DNA of 64,000 nucleotides. Origin: Phyllosticta citribraziliensis (taxonomy: Eukaryota). Of this stretch, positions 49,116-60,904 are shown piece by piece. Under the pieces are notes generated by a model. It was not told where the DNA came from. It saw only the letters and a list, made by a program, of their open reading frames with translations, and ran no database searches. Each line of letters starts with the position of its first letter. Position 1 is the stretch's first letter. The DNA lies in NCBI RefSeq assembly GCF_038025025.1, contig NW_027117349.1, positions 310,001 through 374,000 of the forward strand, written 5' to 3'. The position numbers were made by a program, and so were the translations under genes.

Positions 49116-50579
49116 GTGGGAGCGACGGTGTTGTTGTGGGAGCCATGGTTTCTTCTGTCGGCCAGCCTGCATCTCTGTGCCGCGCCGTCCCAGCTAACTG
49201 GCGTGCGCCTGAAATTTTCCTGCCTGATAGAAGCAGCCATCCATGTCCTGGACGGCCGCGCCGAGAAACCTGGGAAACTCACTTGGCCCAGGTCAGGTCC
49301 GCTGTCCGTTTCGTTTGGTCGTCCAAAGCTACTGCTCTTCAGATGCCGTGACCTCTCACCTCGCGAGTTGGCGGCTGCCACTTGCCAGCTATGTTGCGCC
49401 TTCGAACCTTCGTCCGACTGGCCGTTGGTTGTCTGTCTGTATGGATTGGTAAGTCTTCCTGCTCCTGGGTCATCTGGCTTGTCGTTGACTCGGTGTTGCC
49501 CAGCTTGCATCGTGCTATGTGTAATGGTCCCGTCGTCTTCGCGGCACGACAATGGCATCAACTATCCATCTCGCGTGGTCAACGAAGGCGAAAGGATAAC
49601 GCGAATATACGAGTATGTATCTGACCACCCAACGTTGCGACCCAAAACAATGACTAAACTGTTTGGCCGTCGAAAGAGTCGACCGCTTCTACCCCGACAA
49701 AGCCACAGATTACCAGCCCGTACTCTTTGCGCGAGAGACCGCTCTACAGCGCTTCGCCCTCTCTTTCTCCCTCGATGACACCCGCCAGTACCTCGTGGTC
49801 AACGACCTGCAGCGAATCGCTGTTACCAACATCAACCCCGAAGAGCGCGTATCAGACCCCTTCTTCCTTTACACTCCCACTGGCGGAGATGAGTGGTGGA
49901 TACCACCGTGGGTAGACCTTGCCGACTCGACCCTTCTATCGTGGATGTTTCGGCGGAAAATGGCAGTCTTGACTCTGCGCGTGACATGGTCCCAAAGCGG
50001 CACCATGTCCGTATGGCCAGATTCGGAGACCTGGGTGAACTCAGAACGCTGGTACTACGTGAGTCGGGACCAGCCAGTGTTGTGTGGTGTAGAGTGATTT
50101 GTTGACAAAATCAGAATCAAGGCCTGCGGTTACCACCTCACGGCGTTCGACCATTGATCGCCGTGACGCTTCAAGACCAGCCCGTCTATGCCGAAAACGA
50201 ACTGATTGTTTCGATGCCGCCGCTCACCGTCTCACCATCGGACACGTTCCGCTACCGCGCTGCCGTCTTTGCCTTTATCGTCCCGTCGATACTCTTCCTG
50301 CTCGAATTTCCCCGGCTTCTTTTGCAATGGTCCGTCACGTCGGCCGTCATGGCAATAAAGCTTGCTAGCGGATGCCTTCTGATTCTCGGAGTCGCCTGGC
50401 TTTTCCGCGGCCGACCTCGGTGGAGGCTTTTCATCCTAGAGCTCAAACGAGATCTTTTCCAGTTGCTCAGCCTAGTGGGCTCGAGCAGAATATATGGATG
50501 GGGCGTCAGGAGAAGCTTAGAGACATTAGACTCCTTGGAAAAGGGGCAGAGGAGGAAACCAAAGAAAGAGAAGGGCTGA
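49116..50579 (+). CDS. Hypothetical multi-exon membrane protein; start codon not determined
   Basis: Introns at about 49449-49504, 49613-49676 and 50060-50114 join exons in frame (..RIYE|VDRFYPDK..RWYY|NQGLR..). Two C-terminal hydrophobic helices and a basic tail. Confidence 0.5.
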
Positions 50580-50942
50580 CAAGATGTACGATATCATGAA
50601 TAGGGAAATGCAAACAAAGATGAAAGGACTTTCTCTCAGGAGTAGAAGTACACAATGCAAGGGACCTGGGTAAGTACTTGGGTACAGCCAGCCTGAGGCG
50701 TTGACGTAATATCAGCAACGGCAACGAGGCACGCCTTGCCGATCTCCCTCCACCCCGCATCCCGCTGCCACGGCCCACCTCAGATATCCAACTCCCCGCC
50801 GGAAACCCAACTCGCTCCAACGCCAGCAACATGCATTTCTCAGACCACCTCGCCAGGCCCGAGAGTCTTGCCTCCAATTTGATCCTCTTCCTCAACAACG
50901 GCTGAAACAACCACCATCAGCGCCGACCCTGCCACGACAACC

Positions 50943-51902
50943 ATGGCCACAAACGACAAGCCCACGCTCCCCTCGCCCTCCGCGCTCCGCGCCGCCCTCT
51001 CTACCGATGGCTTCGTCGTCATCCGCTCGCTCCTCTCTCCAGAGAAGCTCGCCTCCCTGCGCGCTGCCACAGCGTCCACAATCGCCCTGGCTCGCTCCGG
51101 CGCCTGGCCACACATCCGCACAGTGCCCAAGCAGTTCCCGCCCTGGCCATCCACGCCGCCGGATGACGGCGCCGGCATCTGGGGAGTCCAACACCTACTA
51201 CACCCCGACCTACCGGGCCACGACGCATACGCGACGGCCTACTTCGACGCTGGCGTCACGGCCGTCGCGCGCGCGCTGCTGTCCAGCGACGACGACGAAA
51301 GCAACCAAATCACCGACGACGACCTCGTCATGGAGCTGTGGAACCTGCTCGTCGGCGTGATGGGGCGCGACTTCGAGCTGCGCTGGCACCGCGACGACGT
51401 GCCCGCCACACTGAGGGCAACGGACGAGGCGCGCGCGCTGGGGCTCGACGCGCATGGCAACAAACGCGCGACGCCCGCGCACGCGCAGTGGAATCTCGCC
51501 CTCTATGACGATGAGAGCCTCGTCGTGGTGCCCGGCAGCCACCGCCGGCCGCGCACCGACGAGGAGCGCGCCGCCGACCCCTTCGCCCCTGAGCTGCCTG
51601 CCATGCGCCATGTGCGGCTGGGCCCCGGCGACGTGGTGTTCTACGACAACAACATTCTGCATCGCGGCGTCTATCGCAAGGGTGTCGAGCGCGCGACGCT
51701 GCATGGGAGCGTCGGCGTTGTGGGGCGCACGCAGCAGCGCGCGAGAAATGTGCTGCAGCACGGCGTTGGCGCGTGGGTTGATCGGTGTGATTTTGGCACT
51801 CTAGAACCGGATGTGAGGGCGAGAGCTGAGGGCATGAGGGAGAGATTGGTGCGCATGGGGACGGAGGCTGGCGACGTGGGATTCTACTCGAAAGACGAGT
51901 GA
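50943..51902 (+). CDS. Phytanoyl-CoA dioxygenase-family (Fe/2OG) protein
   Basis: DGFVVIRSLL, LRWHRDD (HxD), QWNLALYDD, VVPGSH, FYDNNILHRG, RATLHGS. Confidence 0.9.
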   Translation: MATNDKPTLPSPSALRAALSTDGFVVIRSLLSPEKLASLRAATASTIALARSGAWPHIRTVPKQFPPWPSTPPDDGAGIWGVQHLLHPDLPGHDAYATAYFDAGVTAVARALLSSDDDESNQITDDDLVMELWNLLVGVMGRDFELRWHRDDVPATLRATDEARALGLDAHGNKRATPAHAQWNLALYDDESLVVVPGSHRRPRTDEERAADPFAPELPAMRHVRLGPGDVVFYDNNILHRGVYRKGVERATLHGSVGVVGRTQQRARNVLQHGVGAWVDRCDFGTLEPDVRARAEGMRERLVRMGTEAGDVGFYSKDE

Positions 51903-52226
51903 CAAACTTCAGAGAGATGGGGATAAATGTACATGTATCAGCGTGTGTTTTTTGTGTCTGGGTCTGAATGGGTATCTCATTTTGCACGGCTGGCTCTTTT
52001 GTCCGTTTGCAATTTTTGACCAGTCGATGTATGACTTTCTTCCCACACTTTTCGTTCCGCGTCCATTGCTGGAGGAGCCAGCCCACTGCACGTGAGAATC
52101 AATCAACCTTCTCGAATCGGAAAGAACCCTGCAAATCGAACCCGTAGCCTTCACAATGCACCCCCCAACCACCATCAACCCGAAAACGCCGTGCTAGTCC
52201 GTTGAAAATGCATAGGCCGTCTCCCC

Positions 52227-53711
52227 TCAAGACGTGAAAATTGGGTGCATGGCGTAGATTGGAGCCTTGCTCTCATCTCCGTCAAACAAGACGAGGTTCT
52301 GGATGGGCTGCTCGCGCTTCCCGATGACGTTGATGACGTCCTGGGCGAGCTGGCCACCGAGGAAGGCCGCGACGGGCGCGAGCTCGCTGTCCAGATTCTG
52401 CAAGAATTTGCGCAGGAACTCGGACGTCAGCGTGTCGATGGGCAGCTGCAGCTCCTTATGCTTCTCCGTAGCAATGGTCGTGAAGAGTTGCAGGTCGGCG
52501 CTGGCGTGCGAAGGGTTGCGTCCGCGTCCGTCCGGGTTGATGGCCGACGTCTTCTGGAATTCCCACAGCGCGCGCAGGCACGTCAGCAACGGCGTCACCT
52601 GCTTCAGAAGTCGCCGCTTGTTCAGGTACTCTGGCGGCAGCGGTGAGGTGTTGGCTAGCAGAAGCGGCGAGTAGATTTCGCGCTTCTCTACCATCTCCTT
52701 GGCCCGACCGTTCTCAACCCCCTTGTCTGAAAAGGCCACGACTGACCGCGTTGCTGATTCCGCCTTGATGGCAGTCGCCACGTTGGACTTTTCCCGCTCG
52801 ATAATGTAATCGTGCTGGATGAGGTCGGCAAAAATGTACCCGTAGAATCCGTGTGTACCTGCCGCGTAAAACGGCTTCTGTGATAACCGCGTGGACGCGT
52901 TGATGGTCGAAAGCGTCATGAAGTCGAGGTCTGTAGCGATGACCATGTCGTAGGCCTGGTAAAACTCGGGGCCCTTGCTGGCAATGTCGGAGGTGTCGAC
53001 ATAAATGTTGACACGAGGGTTGAGCTTTTGCATCTCGGGAACAGCAGCTTCGGCACGGTTCTTGCCAATGTCTGCTTCTGTGATGAAAAACTGCGCTCCT
53101 AAGTCGTCTTCGGTCACGACGTTGTGGTCAACGACCGTGAGGGACTTGATACCGGCCAGGACGAGGTTCTTGGCGACCTCGTTTGCTAACGCCTTCATGG
53201 ATATCAAAAGGACATTCGCTGATCGCAGCCTTTCTTGAGCTTGGACACCCCAGAGTCGGATCTGTCTGTCATACAGGGCAATTTCATCTAAAGATTGATT
53301 AGTATCAATGTCTAATACAAGATGGATTGTGTCTAGACAGCGCGTTTGCAGGCAGATTTTCTCCTTCAGATGCTCTCAGAGGTGAAGTCTGACTAAGAGC
53401 AAGGCCAAAGACAAAGCAAAGCCAGATCACAGAGACATTCATGTGAGACTCTGTATCAAGAGACCATCTTTTGCTTCTCCCACGTGCCAAGAAAAGGAAA
53501 GAGTGAGAATTGAGACGCAGGACCACAACCAAGTAGAGTCATGAAGACGAAATTGATACTCACCGGCGCTGATGCCCTGGGCCTGGGCGACAGGGTCAGT
53601 TGAAGCAAGAAGTGGGAGCTCGCCAGCAGGTGGCTCGGCGGGTGGCTGGTCGACGGCGCCATTAGGCAGAGGCGCAGGAGCTTGCGCAGCTGCAGGCTGA
53701 GCAGGATCCAT
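52227..53711 (-). CDS. AOS1: SUMO-activating enzyme E1 subunit Aos1/Rad31 (ThiF family), 2 exons
   Basis: ISA|DEIALYDRQIRLWGVQAQ, ALANEVAKNLVLAGIKSLT, DLGAQFF, LNPRV, ELAPVAAFLGGQLAQDVIN. Intron at 53563-53288. Confidence 0.95.
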
Positions 53712-54081
53712 GATGGAGAGGAGGAGTAGAGGGCGTAGGAGGAGAAGCGAAAGGAGATGGCCGCTGGATAAAACAGTCGCAGAGAAAGCAAAAGGTGAGT
53801 TTGGACTTTGATGTTCCTGATGAGGAGGGCGGCAGGCTGCGGCGATCCCGGACGGACCGAACAGAGGGTCCACTCGACCCATGAACAACTCCACCACTCT
53901 TCCTAACCCCATCCCGCCAACCTGACCATCCACGCGGGACTTATATCTCGTTCTCCGACCTTCGACCCACCGCCGCATTCCCGTTTCCCTACCACCATCA
54001 CGACCGCGCTCCCAGCCTTGCCCTCCGCTGCTCGGTCTGGCACACTCCTCGTCCGGTCGCTCAAGCCCGCCAAGCGACTCT

Positions 54082-55931
54082 ATGACGCCTCCCCGCGTCT
54101 CTTTGTCCAACATGTCTTCGGGCAACTTCGACTTCCCGCCTGCATCCTCATCGTCAAACGGACAAGGATCATCTCAACATCTGGCTCGCCTTCTACACAT
54201 CCGCCAGGCCATCCAGCGGGAGGCCGAGCACCAGGAACACGAGCAGCAAATAGCCCAAGACTTTGACGACATTACCTCTGCGTCACGGAGCCAACAAAGG
54301 CCTACCGCCACCCCAACTTCGTCGATGCCCCGCCGAAATCGCCGCGCAACCCGTGGCATGAGCCGATCTTTCAACCATTCGGACGCTGGAGACAGGAGCC
54401 AGCTGGTTCCTCCACAAGAGACCCTCCGCATCTCAGCAATGCGCAACAGACCCCATGCCGAGCCGAGTCAGCGCTTTAACGCCCTACGCCGAGTACGACA
54501 GCAGAGAGAACAATTCTCGCGGAACTCTGGATTGGCTGATTTGGAGCAAGCTGGCGACAGGCTTACAGAAATTAGCCACGGTCTTTCCCACATGCTTGAC
54601 AGCTCATCCCAAATGTTTCGCGTGGAACTGGACGAAACGGACGATGGAACAGGGCAGAGGAGATTCAAACGAAGGAAGCTCGATCGGGATGACTCGAGTT
54701 CGTTCTCGAACATCAAATATGGCCACTTCGGACAGGTTGTTCCTGGAAGGCTGAAGATGGAGATTGTGAGCTGTGATGGGGGAGAATTCAATGAGAGTAG
54801 TGGAGACTTGCACAAGGTTGAAAATGTGCTCAAGAACGATGCTAGCGTTTACTGCACAAAGAGGTCAAACTGCAATCTACTGCTAAGGCACCACGGGGAG
54901 ACAAACTTTTCTTTGGATAAGCTTGTTATCAAGGCTCCTGATTACGGCTTCACATCCCCGTATGTTTGCCTTTGTCCAGTTCAGCTGCGGTATACATTGC
55001 TAATCACTTGGCCCGCAGTGTGCAGGAAGGCATGGTTTTTGTCGCAATGGATTCGCAATACCTCATGGACGGCACTGCGCCATACCAGATCGACTACGAC
55101 AGTCCCTCGCCGTCGTCCAGGTCCTCCAGTGCTTCATCCTCTTCCTCTCGCCGTCCCGAACGCATCTCTCTCTACGAGAGCCTGCATGACCCCGAAGTGC
55201 TCGCCGGAACCCTCAACCCTGGATCCCTGAATCGTCGTGAACATCTTTACGATCGCATCGACCAATTGCGCGGGGCCCACGAGGCCAGATTTGCACGCCT
55301 CTTGCGCATTCGGCGCCGTATCGAGAATGTTCGTCATCGGGAGAATTGGGAGAATTGTGATATCAACGAGTCCAATGCCATTGTATCGCCCGCCGCTCCC
55401 AGTCCCCCACCTCAGCTTCAGGGCCTCAACGTTACCCAGGAGGCGGACAATGATTCAAGCAGCGATTCGGATGAAGAGCCGCCCAGCGCTTCCATCATGG
55501 CGGACCGCTTGAGAAGAGACAACCGCTGGCGTGCGAGCAGTGAAGATGACGATTACGACGAGGACGCTCGGCAAATGAATCTCCTCTGGGACCATCGGAG
55601 TCGGAATACGAGCTCTCGTTCTCCAAGGACTCAAAGAAGGAATTCGCCAAGCAAGGTCGAGCCGGACGAGGGTGTCGGCGACATTCTAGCGCCGCATGCG
55701 AGGTTCTTCATGCAGGGACCCACTAGCAAGATCACCATCCGGTTTGATCCACCTGTGTGAGTGTATATTTTCCCAACCAAAGAGACCACCACTAACCTCT
55801 CTGTCAGGTCCGGCAAGTACGTGTTGCTAAAGCTCTGGAGCCCCGTCAGGCACGGCAATATAGACATTGAACACATTGCAGTCCACGGGTATGCTGGACC
55901 GCGCTCCTTTCCTGCTTGTGAGATGCGTTGA
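54082..55931 (+). CDS. Conserved fungal hypothetical protein with an NLS and a split beta-rich (discoidin-like) domain, 3 exons
   Basis: KRRKLD; GQVVPGRLKMEIVSCDGG..ENVLKNDASVYCT..P|VQEGMVFV; C-terminal KITIRFDPPV|SGKYVLLKLWSP..GNIDIEHIAVHG. Introns at about 54960-55018 and 55757-55808. Confidence 0.85.
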
Positions 55932-56457
55932 GCGCATCCACTAAAGAGCATGATTCAATTCCCATTTCAAACTCATTTAGGGCACGGGTTAGAGGATCTG
56001 GCGTCTCTGCTTCCACTGGTCTATTCTCCTATCAACCCGGGCAAATGAAACGATCGATGAACAGAAATACCCTTTATGATTACCTGTAGTCGGCATGCGA
56101 ACGAGGGAAACCCGGTATCTTATGGGTCATGAAAAGGCGGGTCGGCATGTTTACTCTTCTCATTTTCTTTTGTCCCGCGAGTGTCTTGGTGCTTTGGTGT
56201 GCTTGGAGTCGTTTTAGCAGACTTCGAGCTGCATCCTTAAACATGCCTGGAAAAAAGGCCTAATTTAGAATTTTGCACGGTCCAATGACTTTGTAAATAC
56301 CTGCCGATTCAAGTTTGATAATATTGTTTGTAAAGATGAAAATTAATAAAGAGATACAAGTGGATTGCTCCAGTTGTGACGAGATTCCTACTCGAAAGAC
56401 CTTGACGCTCAAGGTCGCAGAGGCCATCGAATTTTCAGGGAATTCGGCACGCCGCCA

Positions 56458-58298
56458 TTACTGTCCCTTCTTTTCACCCGTTTGAGATGTCTCAGATCCC
56501 GCCGCAGTAGCAGGGGCATTGGCGGGCACGCGCCCAAGCCCGCTCGTCTTCACCACGCCGGCCAACTTCCACAGCAGCCACGCGGAAGCCACGAGCACCG
56601 CCAACACGGTGCCCCACTCGACGTGTGCCGCTTTGTCCAAATCCAACACGGGCACCTTGACCGTCTCGACCAGCTGCTGGTGCTTGGTCGCGGCCGATAC
56701 GCCTGCGGCTTCAGAAGCAGCGGCGGGAGGGACGTGGTAGAACATGACGCGCGGACCAAACAGGCTCTCGTAGCCCAGGTTGGTCCTGTCGAACGGGTTG
56801 GTCGGGAACTTTGTGCCCTCGTCCGCCGGACAAGCCCAGAAGACGACGGGCCAGGGGAGCTGCGCATCTGCGAGGCCGGACGCGTTCCTGTTTGGCGGCT
56901 GGTAGCGCAGGTGCAGCGGTATCGTCACGTCAAAGACGTCCTCTTCGGAGCCGTTGGTTTCGGTCTTGGTTGATGGTGCGGCTGAAGCAGGATCGCGCAA
57001 TTCGAAGAGCGCGATGCTGCCCCACGCCGGCACGACCCAGTCGGGGGCTTCGAGGTCGGTTGCCCCGGCGAGAGAGTGCAGTGCGGCGAGGTTGTGAGAT
57101 TCGAGGAACAGCTGGTCCGAGAATTGGTACTTGTCGAGAAAAAAGCCCGAGGGGAGCGTGAGGTAGGTGTGCAGAGCACAGGTCTCCAGAGGCGCGGTCA
57201 GCTGCGTCGAGGCCCGTGGGAAAGACAGGTACAGCGTTGGATGGAGGCCGGTCGGCTGGGAGAATGAGACGCTGTAGCTGGGGTGGACGGGGTGGTGGAT
57301 TGAAGGGAGGGGGTGATGTCTGCTTGGGAAGGAGAAGAGAGTCGCTTCTGTTGATAGTATTAGAATGCAGCTCATGTGAGGAGGGAGACAGAGAACTTGC
57401 TGGGCTTTGCGTCTTCTCCGAGGACAGTTAGGAACCCGGCAAGAGAAAGCTCTTCGCTTTCGATGGGCACCTCGTTGTTGAGAATTCCTACTTCCACCGA
57501 ACCAGCTTGGCCGCGTGAGATTTCTTCGTTCCAGTAGCCGCCCTCTTCAGGGCCTGCCGACCAAAAGGCGTTGAAGACTAGGGCGTGCGAAATGGCATCA
57601 AAGTCAATATCCACATAGTCTGCTGACAAAAGGGAAGCAGCTTTGGTTTCACAGCTTGCATTTGAGGCGCACAACTTCTGCTGGATGTAGGTCACGAGGC
57701 TCTCGAGGGACGGAAGAAGGCTGTGGTATTGAGACGAAGCGGACATGGAGAAACGCTCTGCTAGAATGGGTGGAGTGATGAAAGTCTCCTATTGATGGAT
57801 GAGAATCTGATACGTGGACGACCTGGTGTTGAGGGCGTACCGAGGGTGTTGTGCATTTCAACTCGTCTCCAAATATCTCTTGGAGCAGCGGACATAGTGC
57901 GTCGCTGGGTAAAGTCAGCAAAAGTAGTTTCGGCGACCTGTCATTTAACTAACACTTTTTGGTCCCTCCGAGGCGTGAAATAGACATGAAGACCTGGTGA
58001 GATACGAGAGACGAAAGGCGGAGTGGAAGTGTAGGGATTCGGAGCCGCCCAACGAATATGCAGCTCATGAGACTGTTTAAACACAGACAGTACCTGGATC
58101 ACGTTTAGCTTATTTCCCAGTCGATGTTTCTAGATGGAAAGATACCTCTTGTGTCAGGTCCGGGAGGCCAAAGGCAACGCGGTGCTCTTTGGCAGCTTTG
58201 ATTGGCGGAACGGCCAAGCTGTCTTTTCCAACGCCGAGCTTGGCTGGATTGAAGCCCTCTTCCCCAACGTGCAAGAGGAACGTTATTCTTTCCTTCAT
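56458..58298 (-). CDS. PBN1: GPI mannosyltransferase I regulatory subunit Pbn1/PIG-X, multi-exon
   Basis: MKERITF start; PTGLHPTL, FFLDKYQ, DLEAPDW, IPLHLRY, WPVVFWAC, NPFDR; C-terminal TM helix. Confidence 0.93.
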
Positions 58299-58567
58299 GT
58301 TGGATGTTGACGGAGGTTGAATTGTTGTTGACGGTGGTCACAAGAGAGGTGGTCCGTCATGTGGGTGTGTTTCCCGAATGGTACTAGCGCCACGGACTCG
58401 AACGGGCCCTTGTCGAATGACGATGGATGGTTGCGCGCGTTCGCCGTTTGCCTCCCGCATCACCAAAGCTACTTTTTTAAGCTACCTGTCCTCAACCGCC
58501 ACCGCTTCCTTTATGTAGCGCCACACCCTCTTTCTCCCCTCGACGCAAGGGGACGAGCTTTTCTACC

Positions 58568-59597
58568 ATGCATTTCGGCAAATTGCTCTCTCCAATCCTG
58601 CTGGCGCTGCTGGCGTCCGGCGATGCGGCGGTAGCTGCACGGAGGCCAGCCAACAGCGTCTTGCTCTCCAACGTCAAGTCTTTGACTCTGCGAAAAGACC
58701 TCAAGACCACAAGTCGACGAGTCTCACCCATACCACAGGTTTGTACTTTGTGCATTCGGCACACAAACTCCCGCTGACCAGACCACCAAGCTCCAATGTA
58801 TTGGCGGCGACGCGAAAGGCCTCTACGAGGTAGACGTGATGCGTTGCAAGAACGCCGGCGCCGACTACGATGACGAAAACATTCAGTGGACTTGTACCGC
58901 CTCGCTCCCAGAGGACTTCAAGCTCGGCTCTACCGACGTCATTTGCGAAGGCTACGATTCTCCCGACGACCCTTACGTTTTGAAAGGAAGCTGCGGTGTA
59001 GAGTACCGACTCGCACTGACAGACAAGGGCCTGGAAAAATACGGCAAGGGAAGAGGTGGATGGTGGGGCGGCGACGGCGATGGGGAGGGAGATACTCCAT
59101 GGGGCAAAGACTCGACCAGCACAGTGGTCGCCGGCCTGTTTTGGCTGATCTTCCTGGGCGTCTTGTTCTACATGATCTTCAAGGGCTGTATCGTGGGTCG
59201 GGGTAACCCCAGAGAGCCAAGGACGTGGACAGGACCCCGATTCGACGGTGGCGGCGGAGGAGGAGGCGGCGGCTGGGGCGGTGGCCCCCCTCCTTACGAT
59301 GACCCCCCGCCGCCCTACTCGCCGGGATACAGCAGGCGGAAGTCTTATGGCACAAGCGGCGAAGCCTGGAGGCCGGGCTTTTGGTCTGGTGCGCTGGGCG
59401 GTGCGACAGCTGGTTACTTCGCAGGCAGACAGGGCAACCGCAACAACAACACAATGTTTGGCGGGGGCGGGTCGAGGTGGAACGATGCAGGTGCTGGGCC
59501 ATCTGGTACTTACAGATCTGCACCCTCTTCCTCCTCATCGTCGCCCAGCTCTACAAGGTATGAGGGAACGGGGTTTGGGTCGACCCGTCGCAGATGA
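58568..59597 (+). CDS. SARAF/TMEM66 (DUF1183) homologue, 2 exons
   Basis: Signal peptide, TTSRRVSPIPQ|LQCIGG, QWTCTASLP, VICEGY..DDPYVLKGSCGVEYRL, TM helix, PPPY, PGFWSG, TGFGSTRRR*. Confidence 0.93.
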
Positions 59598-59968
59598 AGA
59601 GCTATCCACAATAATTAAGATTCAATGATTCTCGATCGGTTCCAAAGACAACAGACATGCGACGATTTCTACCAAGATGATGCCTATATTCATTCGACAA
59701 GGGTCCTAGGAGACTTTGCAGTGCTGCCTCAATGATCTCAGCTATGCCAGACGTAATGAATGCGTGAGTCGATGCGCCTGTGGAAGACCAGGTGAGGTTT
59801 GAACTTGGAGGATGGCAAGTAAGCTCTTCTTGGTGCTCTTGTGCACATTGGTTCTTTGAGATCCTTGTGCCTTGACCGTAATGCGAGGGATGATGATCAG
59901 GGGGCTGTTTTGAAGAGGTTGAAGACTCGTCTTTCTGGCGCGGCCCTGCTGTTGCAGCATGAATCTTA

Positions 59969-60904
59969 CTACAGGCCCGCAAATAAATCATCTATCGACC
60001 CGCCCTTGCTTTTCTTAGTTTTCTTCTTCTTCTTCAATGGCTCCTTGAGCTCTGGCTCCACTTCGTCCTCCGCCTCCCTGTCCTGGCGTCGAGATTTTGT
60101 TTTTGATTTGGCTCGGGGTAGCCCTTGAGGCTCTGTATCAGGCTCTGCTGCTTGAGCCGTGGCCCTTTTCTTGTTCAGACTCCGATCTTTTGCTTTCGGC
60201 TTGGTCTGTTGCATGGAACTTGGCTCTTCTGCTGGTTCCATATCCGCACTTCCTTCGATCTCCTGTCTGCTAACGACTTGACCAAAATCATCGTCTGCTA
60301 CCTCCGTGCCGCCATCTCGCCTCGTAATGACTTCGCCAAAGTCCTCGGCGTTGCTTGTTGCATTCTGAGGTCCAAAGAGCGTGTGCGCGTCCTTCTTGGC
60401 GAATTCTTCGAGGACAGTCTGCATCTCGCGCTCTGCTTCTGCCTCGTATGCGGCCGTAATGCCTAAGCAATGTGACACTCGAGCCAGGATGGCCATGAGC
60501 GCGAGGCCGATTGCTGAGAACTGGTTGGAGGCAATGACGTTCGTGAATGCTCTACGACTCGTTAGCCAACGGCCCGAGAACGTCACGAATGCGGCAATGA
60601 CAACAACTCACAAGTACCACTTTGGCATCATGTTGCTCTTCCAGTGGTCCACGCGTGCCACGACTCTTTTCGAGGTCTTCTTGGCGGCTGTCTTCGATGA
60701 GCTGATCGCGTCATATTCGGCGGTTAGATGTAGCATTTCGCAGCGGAAGGTGGAAAAGCTGCGCCACCATATGCTCTGCCGATGCTGGTTCAAATTCCGG
60801 TGGTGCAGGAGGTGCATGATGTCGTTGAAGGTCTTGAACTCAGAAATTTCGTTGGGCTTCAGGCGCGGCGGCCCTGTCGAGGCTGTCTTTGACGGCAGCG
60901 CCAT
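59969..60904 (-). CDS. RMP1: RNase MRP subunit Rmp1-like protein, 2 exons
   Basis: LLHHRNLNQHRQSIWWRSF, PKWY|..AFTNVIASNQFSAIGLALMAILARV, EDFGEVI, K-rich tail ending IDDLFAGL*. Confidence 0.85.
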
